Source: an uncultured Anaerolineaceae bacterium (GTDB lineage Bacteria; Chloroflexota; Anaerolineae; Anaerolineales; E44-bin32). From it: DNA of 64,000 nucleotides. The stretch's first letter is position 1. Each line of letters begins with the position of its first letter. The stretch is taken from positions 761 to 64,760 of the forward strand of contig CAYYVY010000006.1 of assembly GCA_964475265.1 (NCBI GenBank), written 5' to 3'. Shown here one piece after another: positions 26,380-35,109 of this stretch. Under the pieces are notes generated by a model. It did not search any database, was not told where the DNA came from, and worked only from the letters and a program-made list of their open reading frames with translations. The position numbers were made by a program, and so were the translations under genes.

Positions 26380-27216
26380 ATGATCCGCGAACGAGTCGCT
26401 GAGGACGTGCATCTCTTCACGAGCGAAATCTATGCCAAGGTTAATGCCGGGGCAGTAGTTGGTCCGGATTGGTCGGTATTGATCGACACACTTGCTTATC
26501 CCGAAGAAACCTTGGAGATTCGGGACTTCCTCGAAGAGCGACTCCAAAAACCGGTACGTTATCTGATCAACACACACTACCATGCGGATCACAGTCTGGG
26601 GAATTCATGGTTTCCGAATGCCATTATCGTTGGACACGCACGATGCCGGGAATTGCTGGATACGCTGGGAAGGACGGCATTACTAAACGCACAGCAGCAG
26701 AGTAAGGAATTGGCGGATGTACATATCGTTCTTCCAGATGCTGTGTTCGATCAAGGAGGAATCAGTCTGCGCGTTGGGAAACGAACTTTGCGGCTGGTCT
26801 ATTTGCCGGGACACAGCCCGGACGGTGTGGGAGTTTTGATCGAGGAAGATCGCGTGCTCTTTTCCGGCGACGTTATGATGCCCATACCTTACATTGTCGA
26901 CGGAGATTACGATACCATGATTGAAAGCCTGAGGCAGATTCCCGCCATGAAATTGGAGAATCTGATTCAGGGGCACGGCGAGGTGGTCTTACGTGGTGAG
27001 GTCCGTTCGAAGATTGACAATAACATCAACTACCTCGACCAACTTCGCCGGCATGTTCGTAAGGCAGCTCGACGTCGGGACCCAGAAGAATACTTGATGT
27101 CCGTTGACGTCGAGTCTTGCGGCAAGAGCCGTATTTTGTTGAACGGTTTGGCGGAAGAATTGCACATCAGGAATATACTCGCTTTGTATCAGAAATGGTA
27201 CGAAGAGGAGCAATAA
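26380..27216 (+). CDS. MBL-fold metallo-hydrolase
   Basis: Contains the HxHxDH motif (THYHADHSLG). GGAGGA sits 3 nt before ATG 26380, which I prefer over the TTG at 26317. Confidence 0.8.
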   Translation: MIRERVAEDVHLFTSEIYAKVNAGAVVGPDWSVLIDTLAYPEETLEIRDFLEERLQKPVRYLINTHYHADHSLGNSWFPNAIIVGHARCRELLDTLGRTALLNAQQQSKELADVHIVLPDAVFDQGGISLRVGKRTLRLVYLPGHSPDGVGVLIEEDRVLFSGDVMMPIPYIVDGDYDTMIESLRQIPAMKLENLIQGHGEVVLRGEVRSKIDNNINYLDQLRRHVRKAARRRDPEEYLMSVDVESCGKSRILLNGLAEELHIRNILALYQKWYEEEQ

Positions 27217-27269
27217 CTCCTGTTGATATTTCACAATTTTTTGAGCTACATGGTGAAGATTGCACATCG

Positions 27270-27671
27270 ATGAATGAATATATTCTCGTCTTTGACGGCG
27301 GTAGTAAGGGAAATCCAGGTTTGAGCTACGGATCGTATCGGCTTCAGGAAAAGGGGCGTAAACCGTTCCGGCCGATACGGATTGAATTTGGCCACGGAAC
27401 GAACAACGAAGCAGAATACAAAGCATTGATCGCGGGTCTCGAAGCGCTGATCGGCATGGTCGAATCGGAAAAAATTGACCCTGCTGCGTGCCGCGTCGAA
27501 ATCCGGGGCGATAGTCAGTTAGTGCTCAATCAGCTGCGTGGAGATTGGAAGGTAAAAAATTTGCGCATGAGAACGCTGTGCGACAAGGCGCAAGATCTGC
27601 TTTCTCGATTCGCCGATCAACGTTTTCACCATCAATCACGCAATCGAACGGTCGAAATCCTGGGGCATTGA
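27270..27671 (+). CDS. RNase H family protein (RNase HI-like)
   Basis: Starts MNEYILVFDGGSKGNPG, then ...TNNEAEYKALIAGLE...RGDSQLV (DEDD-type catalytic contexts). I prefer the start at ATG 27270. Confidence 0.8.
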   Translation: MNEYILVFDGGSKGNPGLSYGSYRLQEKGRKPFRPIRIEFGHGTNNEAEYKALIAGLEALIGMVESEKIDPAACRVEIRGDSQLVLNQLRGDWKVKNLRMRTLCDKAQDLLSRFADQRFHHQSRNRTVEILGH

Positions 27672-27687
27672 CCGTGTTTCCCGCTTG

Positions 27688-28005
27688 TGGCATAATCGTT
27701 CGAAACGTTAATAATCGATAAAAGCGGTGACGGAGACGAGTACACCCCTGTAGGGTGACAAGCGAGTCCGGGTTGGTGTGAGCCGGATTTACCCGGCGGG
27801 TGGAAAATCCCTCCTGAGCTGTGACCTGAATGCAGTTGGTCCGCTACTAAGGAAGCCGGCTTCGCCAGCCGTTATCCACGGCGCGAACATAATCCCGGAA
27901 CTCCGGGCCGTGTTCGAGCGAGCGCCTGCCTTGTTGCAGGAATCGGGGTGGTACCGCGGGAGTCACATTACCTCTCGTCCCTAGATAGGGACGAGATTTT
28001 TCTTT
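27688..28005 (+). promoter_or_regulatory. T-box riboswitch leader (candidate Ile AUC specifier) with an extended -10 promoter and terminator
   Basis: TGgCATAAT lies at 27688-27696. Stem I elements are present: a GA/K-turn-like TGACGGAGA, AGTA, the AG bulge AGCGAGTCCGG and the distal GGTTGGTGTGAGCC. In the specifier loop GGAAAAUCC the AUC is at 27807-27809. The T-box sequence AATCGGGGTGGTACCGCGGG lies at 27941-27960. The terminator TCTCGTCCCT/AGGGACGAGA plus TTTTTCTTT lies at 27973-28005. Confidence 0.85.
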
Positions 28006-28100
28006 GCGGGAGTGACTTTCTCAACCCAGACTCCCGTTCGTGGTGCCGGGTTAGGATCTTGCGGATGGCCGGTGCATTCCGTGGTCGAAAGGAGCGTTCA

Positions 28101-28811
28101 ATGACCGAACCCCTTTATTATCAGGATGCGTACTGTAAGACCTTCGAGGCCAGGATCGTCGCAGCTGCGGATGATGGAGTTGTTCTCGATCGATCTGCAT
28201 TTTATCCCGGTGGCGGCGGTCAACCTTGCGATGAGGGACTGCTCCGGGTGGGTAATGTGATATTGCCCGTTCGAAAGGTGAGGCGGAAGGAAGGACGAAT
28301 CTGGCATCAGATCGAAGGTGATCTGCCGCAGGTTGGTACAGTGGTGGAAGGTGAACTGGATTGGGAACGGCGCTATTCGTTGATGCGCGTCCATACCGCC
28401 ATGCACATCCTCTGCGGCGTCATCTGGCGTGATTATGGCGCGGCTGTAACGGGTGGGAACATGGAGCCGCTGCGGGGCCGGATGGACTTCGAATTTGAAT
28501 CGATGCACAAGGATCTCGTCGAGGAAATTGAAGAGAAGATCAATCGAGAGGTCGCTGCCGCAAGACCCGTGAAGACGGATCTGCTTCCCCGCGAGGAAGC
28601 GTTTCAGATTCCGGATCTCATTCGGACCAAAATCAACCTGCTGCCCCCGGCGATCCAGCAAGTTCGTATCGTGGAAATCGAGGGGCTGGATCTACAGGCG
28701 GATGGCGGCACGCACGTCGCCAATACGAAAGAAGTCAGGGGAATTCACATCGTGGATTATAAAAGCAAAGGCGCGATCAACAAGCGTTTGGTGGTCGAAT
28801 TGGATGCTTGA
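28101..28811 (+). CDS. AlaX-M-like aminoacyl-tRNA trans-editing protein (Thr/Ala-tRNA synthetase second additional domain)
   Basis: Starts MTEPLYYQDAYCKTFEARI...AFYPGGGGQPCD and carries HTAMHILCG (HxxxH). The second zinc motif reads DGGTHV where AlaRS/AlaX normally have CGGTHV. GGAG sits 6 nt before ATG 28101. Confidence 0.8.
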   Translation: MTEPLYYQDAYCKTFEARIVAAADDGVVLDRSAFYPGGGGQPCDEGLLRVGNVILPVRKVRRKEGRIWHQIEGDLPQVGTVVEGELDWERRYSLMRVHTAMHILCGVIWRDYGAAVTGGNMEPLRGRMDFEFESMHKDLVEEIEEKINREVAAARPVKTDLLPREEAFQIPDLIRTKINLLPPAIQQVRIVEIEGLDLQADGGTHVANTKEVRGIHIVDYKSKGAINKRLVVELDA

Positions 28812-28819
28812 GGTGAAAA

Positions 28820-31800
28820 ATGTTCAAAGCCGTACCTAGTCAAATCGATTTCGTTGCACAGGAACACGAAATCCTCAAGTTCTGGGAGCAGACGAAGGCT
28901 TTTAAGAAACTTGTCGCTTTACGTCAGGACGGTCCAACGTGGTCGTTCATCGATGGCCCGATTACTGCCAACAATCCGATGGGCGTACACCATGGTTGGG
29001 GCCGCACGTACAAAGATCTATTCCATCGCTATATGAGCATGCAAGGGCACCGTACGCGCTACCAGAATGGTTTTGATTGTCAGGGTTTGTGGGTCGAGGT
29101 GAATGTTGAGCGGGATAAAGGATTCAAGACCAAGCGCGATATCGAAGCCTTCGGCTTGGCGAAGTTTGTCGTTCTCTGTAAACAGCGTGTCCTCAACTAC
29201 GCCGCCGTCCAAACCGAGCAGAGCATCCGCTTGGGATACTGGATGGATTGGAACGATCCGCAGCGCCTGCGCTGGCTGAGTGAAAAATTGGGGGAAGATC
29301 CGGCCCAAAGTATCGAATTCCAGGGTCCCGATGGCCCGGTGCAAAATAGCGTGGAGCAAATCGTCGGCCATCTGGGAATGCCTGAATTGGGAGGCTCTTA
29401 CTTCACCTTTTCCAACGAGAACAATTACACCATTTGGTCGGTACTCAAATCGTGCAGCGAACGAGGCTGGGTCTATAAAGGAACGGACGTAATGCCGTGG
29501 TGCTGGCGTTGTGGCACCGGGTTGAGTCAGCACGAGATCGTAACCGAGGGGTACCAGGAAAAGACACATCCCAGCATCACGCTGCGTTTCCCGCTCAAGG
29601 ACCGACCGGGTGAGAATCTGTTGGTTTGGACGACGACGCCATGGACGTTGACAAGCAACGTGGCGGCCGCCGTAGGCCCGGATTTAACCTACGTGCGGGT
29701 GAAGCAAGGCGACGAATTTTTCTATCTCAGCCGCGGAACCCTGCACACGTTGAAGGGCGACTATGAAGTCCTCGAGGAGCTTCCCGGTTCAGAAATGGAA
29801 GGCTGGTCGTATGAGGGTCCGTTCGACGAGCTGCCGGCACAAATCGAGAAGAAGTCGCCACAGGCGCACCGCGTGATCCTGTGGGACGAGGTCGGAGAGG
29901 AAGAGGGCACCGGAATCGTCCACATCGCACCGGGCTGTGGTGCGGAAGACTTCGCACTTGGCAAGGAATACGATTTGCCCGTAATCGCACCGCTGTCAGA
30001 ATCCGGGCACTTCGTAGAAAATTTCGATTGGTTGAGCGGGAAGCACGTCGACGGAATCTCGCAGCCGATCTTCGAGAATCTTGACAAGAAGGGGCTGTCG
30101 TACCGTGTCGATGATTACACCCACCGCTATCCGGTTTGTTGGCGCTGTGGTGAGGATCTGGTTTTTCGTCTGGTGGATGAATGGTTTATCTCCATGGGGG
30201 CGCAGTTGGACAAACCGTACGACGAGGTCACGCAGGCGGAGAAAGCGGATAACTTACGCTACCAGATGATGGAAGTCGTGATCAACGAAACCCAGTGGTA
30301 CCCGTACTTTGGATTTGAACGCGAACTTGATTGGCTGCGAAACATGCATGATTGGATGATCTCGAAAAAGCGTTACTGGGGACTCGCCCTTCCGATTTGG
30401 GAATGCGGCCAATGTGGTAATTACGACATTATCGGCAGCAAGGAAGAATTGAAGCAACGTGCTGTCGCCGGCTGGGAAGAATTTGAAGGCCATTCGCCGC
30501 ATCGACCTTTTATCGATGCTGTGAAAATCGAATGCAGTCAGTGCGGAGCGCAAATCGAACGCATCCCCGATGTCGGTAATCCGTGGTTGGATGCGGGAAT
30601 CGTCGGTATGAGTACGCTCTCCTACAATTCGAATCCCGAGTTTTGGCGGAAGTGGTTCCCTGCCGACTTGATCAGTGAGAGTTTTCCAGGCCAGTTCCGC
30701 AACTGGTTCTACAGCCTGTTGGCGATGAGCACGATTCTCGAGCGCAAGGCGCCTTTCCGAAACGTCTTTACCTACGCGACGCTGCTTGCAGAGGATGGCC
30801 GTGCCATGCACAAGTCCTGGGGCAATGCCATCGAGTTCAACGAAGCCGCGGACAAGATGGGCGTTGACGTGATGCGCTGGCTGTACTGCAATCACAAACC
30901 TGAGCGCGATCTCATTTTCGGTTATCACCGCGCGGACGAAGTCAGGCGGCAGTTCTTGATTCCCTTGTGGAACGTCTATTCCTTCTTCGTTACCTACGCC
31001 AATATCGACGAATGGACTCCCGATGCGAGCCACAAGGCTTCATACAGCCAGATCGATCACTGGATTCTCTCCAGGCTTAACAAGTTGATGCTGCAGGTTA
31101 AGTATGGTCTCGACACCTACGAGCCAGACGCAGCAACCGATGCGGCCAATCAATTCCTCGACGATCTCAGCAATTGGTATTTACGGCGCAGTCGCAGGAG
31201 ATTTTGGGCAAAAGCCGGTGCGAGCCAGGCTTCCGACGAGGATAAAAATGCCGCCTATGCCACGCTGTATGAGGTGCTCACGTCGCTGGCCAAAGTCCTG
31301 GCCCCATTTGTGCCTTTTGTAACGGAGGCGATGTACCAAAACCTCGTTCGCTCGATCGACCCGCAGGCCCCGGAAAGCGTCCATCACTGCGATTGGCCGC
31401 TGGCAAAGGAGGATCTGATCGATCGAGATTTAATCGCGGACATGGCTCTGGTGACGAAGCTGGTCTCTTTAGGCCACGCGGCACGCAACAAAGCCAACCG
31501 CAAACTGCGTCAGCCGCTGGGGCAGGCTGCTTTCTTCGTGGGTACGAAGGACGAAGCGGAGACGGTGCGAAAACATTCGGATTTGATTCTCGAGGAATTG
31601 AACGTGAAGGAAATCCGGCTCATGGATGCCGTCTCCGAGGCCGCCGCCTTGCGTATCAAACCGCTGCCAAAGCAGTTGGGTCAGAAATTCGGTTCACGCT
31701 TTCCGGCCATTCGCCAGGTAATTCAATCCATGGACTCATCCGAGTCGGAGAGCATTGCCGTACAGCTATTGAATGAGGGCAAGGCTTTCTCGATCGAGGT

Positions 31801-32188
31801 GGAGGGGGAGCCGGTCGAAATACTGGCGGAAGAAGTGGAAGTTCGGATCGATGCCCATGAGGGCTTCGTCGCCGTCGCTGAAGGAGCGAAAGTCGTGGCG
31901 CTCAACACCGAGTTGACGCCGGATTTGATCCTCGAAGGTCTCGCCCGGGAATTCGTGCGGCGCGTGCAGGATCTGCGCAAGCAGGCCGATCTGCAGGTCG
32001 ACGACCGCATTCGCATCGAATACAAAGCCAGCGACCAACTCGGCGAAGCCGTCGAGCATCACCACGAGTACATCTTGGGCGAAACTCTCGCGGTCTCCCT
32101 TAAATTCGTCGAAGCGCCTTCGGGATTGGCTGCTGCTTCACACGAATTCGATGGAGAGACCCTCGTCGTTGCGCTGCAGGCAGCTTAG
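28820..32188 (+). CDS. ileS: isoleucine--tRNA ligase
   Basis: 1122 aa with a class Ia fold, CP1 editing domain, zinc-knuckle cysteines (CWRCG; CGQCG...CSQCG) and an anticodon-binding domain. The signature motifs read PMGVHHGW and AMHKSWGN. Confidence 0.93.
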   Translation: MFKAVPSQIDFVAQEHEILKFWEQTKAFKKLVALRQDGPTWSFIDGPITANNPMGVHHGWGRTYKDLFHRYMSMQGHRTRYQNGFDCQGLWVEVNVERDKGFKTKRDIEAFGLAKFVVLCKQRVLNYAAVQTEQSIRLGYWMDWNDPQRLRWLSEKLGEDPAQSIEFQGPDGPVQNSVEQIVGHLGMPELGGSYFTFSNENNYTIWSVLKSCSERGWVYKGTDVMPWCWRCGTGLSQHEIVTEGYQEKTHPSITLRFPLKDRPGENLLVWTTTPWTLTSNVAAAVGPDLTYVRVKQGDEFFYLSRGTLHTLKGDYEVLEELPGSEMEGWSYEGPFDELPAQIEKKSPQAHRVILWDEVGEEEGTGIVHIAPGCGAEDFALGKEYDLPVIAPLSESGHFVENFDWLSGKHVDGISQPIFENLDKKGLSYRVDDYTHRYPVCWRCGEDLVFRLVDEWFISMGAQLDKPYDEVTQAEKADNLRYQMMEVVINETQWYPYFGFERELDWLRNMHDWMISKKRYWGLALPIWECGQCGNYDIIGSKEELKQRAVAGWEEFEGHSPHRPFIDAVKIECSQCGAQIERIPDVGNPWLDAGIVGMSTLSYNSNPEFWRKWFPADLISESFPGQFRNWFYSLLAMSTILERKAPFRNVFTYATLLAEDGRAMHKSWGNAIEFNEAADKMGVDVMRWLYCNHKPERDLIFGYHRADEVRRQFLIPLWNVYSFFVTYANIDEWTPDASHKASYSQIDHWILSRLNKLMLQVKYGLDTYEPDAATDAANQFLDDLSNWYLRRSRRRFWAKAGASQASDEDKNAAYATLYEVLTSLAKVLAPFVPFVTEAMYQNLVRSIDPQAPESVHHCDWPLAKEDLIDRDLIADMALVTKLVSLGHAARNKANRKLRQPLGQAAFFVGTKDEAETVRKHSDLILEELNVKEIRLMDAVSEAAALRIKPLPKQLGQKFGSRFPAIRQVIQSMDSSESESIAVQLLNEGKAFSIEVEGEPVEILAEEVEVRIDAHEGFVAVAEGAKVVALNTELTPDLILEGLAREFVRRVQDLRKQADLQVDDRIRIEYKASDQLGEAVEHHHEYILGETLAVSLKFVEAPSGLAAASHEFDGETLVVALQAA

Positions 32189-32280
32189 GCACAATTTCGC
32201 GAATTTACGCGGATGAAGGACCAGCGATCGGTGCCCGTCGAGATCTCCGGGGCGTTCTTGCCCTTGGAGATCTCATATCC

Positions 32281-32913
32281 ATGCCAGAAGCGCACTACGC
32301 AATGTGCCGACGATTCGGTACAATTGCCCTCAGGGCAATTCCCGGTTTGGAGGTAGATTTGACGAAAGCACGGAAATACTTAACCTTGATCGGCATTGCG
32401 GGTGTCGTTGTTGCGCTCGACCAATGGACGAAGTACCTGGTGCGCACACAACTGCAGGTTGGAGAGACCTGGATGCCGATTGACTGGCTGGCACCGTACG
32501 TGCGTATCGTGCATTGGAACAACACAGGAGCGGCATTCGGGATGCTTCCTTCCGGAAGTATATTCTTCACCATCGTCGCCATTCTGGTTTCGATCGCCAT
32601 TATCATTTACTACCCCAGAATTCCCTCGGGGCAGTTCGCCGTGCGTATCGCTTTGGCGCTGCAGCTCGGAGGTGCGTTGGGCAATCTCACCGACCGTCTC
32701 ATCGCTAAGCTGACGGTGACGGATTTCATCTCTGTCGGTACTTTTCCGGTGTTTAACATCGCCGATTCGAGTGTGTCGGTGGGATGTGCGATTCTCATCG
32801 CTGCAATGTGGATCGAGGAGCGCAAAGAACGGGCTAGAGTGTCAGACGATCGCGCTTCCGCCGAGGATACGGGTGAGGATCCGGTTTCGAATCTGGAGCA
32901 ATCCGTTGAGTGA
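32281..32913 (+). CDS. lspA: lipoprotein signal peptidase II
   Basis: Contains LDQWTKYLV, WNNTGAAFG and VFNIADSSVSVG (catalytic Asp contexts). The ileS-lspA-rluD order is classical. The start is uncertain and could be an internal alternative about 60-70 nt downstream. Confidence 0.85.
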   Translation: MPEAHYAMCRRFGTIALRAIPGLEVDLTKARKYLTLIGIAGVVVALDQWTKYLVRTQLQVGETWMPIDWLAPYVRIVHWNNTGAAFGMLPSGSIFFTIVAILVSIAIIIYYPRIPSGQFAVRIALALQLGGALGNLTDRLIAKLTVTDFISVGTFPVFNIADSSVSVGCAILIAAMWIEERKERARVSDDRASAEDTGEDPVSNLEQSVE

Positions 32914-33824
32914 GTGAACAACGCGTCCGTTACCGAGTTCCGTCCCCTGGGGGAAGATTAGACCTATGTTTGGTCGACAACACGCGCAGCTTGTCCCGTA
33001 CGCGCATTCAACAATTAATCCGCGAAGGTCTGGTCACGATCGACGGCAGCGTGGTCCGCAAGCCGAGTCATCCGCTCGAAGGCGGCGAGTGGATCGAGGT
33101 GTGCGTTCCCGAACCCGCGCCATCCGATCTCGTTCCCGAAGCCTTTCCCCTCGACGTCGTTTTTGAAAATGAACAGATTCTGCTTATCAACAAACCGGCT
33201 GGCATGGTCGTACATCCATCGGCCGGACATTCTAAGGGCACCCTGGTTCAGGCGGCGTTGGCGCATGCGCCGGATATCGAAGGCGTAGGGGGCGAAATAA
33301 GGCCCGGCGTCGTGCATCGTTTGGATAAAGACACCTCGGGCTTGATTATCCTGGCGAAGAGCGACTCGGCGCATCGCTTCATTCAACGACAATTCAAGGA
33401 TCGCAAAGTCGAAAAAACCTATCTCGCTCTGGTCGACGGCAGGCCTCCTACGCCCGAAGGAAGAATCGAAGCGCCGATTGGACGCGATCCGCGCAACCGG
33501 AAGCGTATGGCCGTTCTTTCTCCAGGCCGGGGCCGGACAGCGACCACGATTTACCATACCGTCCAGGCGTATGCGGAGTATACTTTGCTCGAAGTACGGC
33601 CTCTTACCGGAAGAACGCACCAGATTCGTCTCCATCTTGATTTCATCGGATGTCCGGTGGTGGGCGATAAACAATACGGTAAACGCAGCTCGCGCGGTTT
33701 GCTCCCACGACAATTTCTCCACGCATATAAACTGTGTTTTATTCTCCCGGGCGATGAGCAGCCGAGGGAATTCGTGGCGCCTTTACCGGAAGTGCTAGAG
33801 CTCTTTCTGCAGAAACTCAGCTAA
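32910..33824 (+). CDS. rluD: RluA-family 23S rRNA pseudouridine synthase (RluD-like)
   Basis: Has an N-terminal S4 domain and the catalytic HRLDKDTSGLI motif. It overlaps the lspA stop by 4 nt. Confidence 0.9.
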   Translation: MSEQRVRYRVPSPGGRLDLCLVDNTRSLSRTRIQQLIREGLVTIDGSVVRKPSHPLEGGEWIEVCVPEPAPSDLVPEAFPLDVVFENEQILLINKPAGMVVHPSAGHSKGTLVQAALAHAPDIEGVGGEIRPGVVHRLDKDTSGLIILAKSDSAHRFIQRQFKDRKVEKTYLALVDGRPPTPEGRIEAPIGRDPRNRKRMAVLSPGRGRTATTIYHTVQAYAEYTLLEVRPLTGRTHQIRLHLDFIGCPVVGDKQYGKRSSRGLLPRQFLHAYKLCFILPGDEQPREFVAPLPEVLELFLQKLS

Positions 33825-33845
33825 TCAGTGGAGGCAGTACAACCC

Positions 33846-34886
33846 ATGGAAAATGTAGATTTTCGATCGGATACGGTGACACTCCCCACGCCCGAGATGC
33901 GCCAGGCAATGGCTGCGGCCGAAGTGGGGGACGACGTCTACGGCGAAGACCCCAGCGTAAACCGGCTGCAACGCATGGCTGCCGAACTCGTCGGGAAGCA
34001 GGCGGCGTTGTTTGTGCCTTCCGGGACGATGGGGAATCTGGCTTCGATCCTGGCCCATTGTCAGCGCGGGGATGAAGTGATCCTCGGTGATCAATCCCAC
34101 GTCTTCATCAACGAGGCAGGGGGCATCGCCGCTTTCGGCGGCGTCCAGCCACATACGCTCCCCAACGAAAGCGATGGGACGCTGGACTTGAAGGCGATCG
34201 AAAGCGCCATCCGGCATGATGACGTGCATTATCCCATCAGCCGTTTGATCGTCCTCGAGAACACCCACAATCGCTGCGGCGGCATCCCCTTGACACTGGA
34301 ATACAGCCGTGCTGTTGGCGAACTGGCGCATGAACATGATTTGAAATTTCACCTCGACGGGGCACGGATTTTCAACGCCGCAGTAGAGCTCGGTGTTTCT
34401 GCAGCCGATTTGGCCGCGCCGGCGGATTCCGTCACCTTTTGTCTTTCCAAGGGTCTGTGTGTGCCCGTCGGCAGCGTGATCTGCGGTGATGAAGCATTCA
34501 TTACCCGTGCACACCGTATACGTAAGGCGTTGGGCGGCGGAATGCGGCAGGCGGGAATTCTGGCGGCTGCAGGTATCGTAGCCTTGAATTCGATGATCGA
34601 ACGCCTGGCTGACGATCATCGCCGGGCGCGTTTGATTGCCGACGGATTGCGGGACATCCCCGGATTGTCGCTTCGCTATGAACGACCCGCGACGAACATG
34701 GTCTACATCGATTTCACGCCGCAGGCTAATATAGACGCATACGGCGTTGTCGAAGCGATGCGAGAGCAGGGCATCATACTGCGCGCATCCGGAGACGGAT
34801 CGATCCGGCTGGTCGTTCATTACTGGATCGATGACGATGCGGTCGAGCGCTTGATCTCCTATTTCAAGCGCTTGTTGGGCCGTTAA
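33846..34886 (+). CDS. ltaE: low-specificity L-threonine aldolase (PLP-dependent)
   Basis: Starts MENVDFRSDTVTLPT...GDDVYGEDPSVN and later contains CLSKGL (PLP lysine context). GGAGG sits 11 nt before ATG 33846, which I prefer over GTG 33828. Confidence 0.85.
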   Translation: MENVDFRSDTVTLPTPEMRQAMAAAEVGDDVYGEDPSVNRLQRMAAELVGKQAALFVPSGTMGNLASILAHCQRGDEVILGDQSHVFINEAGGIAAFGGVQPHTLPNESDGTLDLKAIESAIRHDDVHYPISRLIVLENTHNRCGGIPLTLEYSRAVGELAHEHDLKFHLDGARIFNAAVELGVSAADLAAPADSVTFCLSKGLCVPVGSVICGDEAFITRAHRIRKALGGGMRQAGILAAAGIVALNSMIERLADDHRRARLIADGLRDIPGLSLRYERPATNMVYIDFTPQANIDAYGVVEAMREQGIILRASGDGSIRLVVHYWIDDDAVERLISYFKRLLGR

Positions 34887-35054
34887 TCTGAGGTCTTGTG
34901 GTATCATAGCGGCGGGATGAAAAATCGTATGCGCAATGTCGTACTCACCTATATCTATCCTGGGGGCGATCAGCGCCCCAGCGAACTTGTATGAACACGC
35001 CCAGCGGATACTAGGAGATCTATCGGGTTTATTCCTGACTGTGAAACGACCAAT

Positions 35055-35088
35055 GCGTGGGCTGTGTCAGCTCACGCCTGATTTTTTT
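35055..35088 (+). terminator. intrinsic-terminator hairpin about 20 nt upstream of the tyrS start (candidate attenuator)
   Basis: The stem GCGTGGGCTG/CAGCTCACGC is 10 bp with one G-U pair and a 3-nt loop, followed by CTGATTTTTTT. A possible extended -10, TGgTATCAT, lies at about 34897-34905. Confidence 0.6.
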
Positions 35089-35109
35089 AACACCGACGGA
35101 GCCAGTGTG

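Noticed and set aside
27778-27984. 68-aa ORF upstream of the alaX-like gene
   Set aside because: It lies entirely within the T-box leader (Stem I to the T-box sequence), so the region is explained as structured RNA.
33825-34907. 360-aa minus-strand ORF mirroring ltaE
   Set aside because: The plus-strand frame encodes a clear PLP-dependent threonine aldolase and fits the rluD-ltaE operon spacing. The antisense product has no recognisable features.
34936-35109. In-frame 58-codon N-terminal extension of tyrS suggested by the ORF track
   Set aside because: The extension does not resemble TyrRS and would have to encode a 10-bp terminator hairpin plus U7. A start at 35107/35110 gives a normal distance to the HLGH motif.
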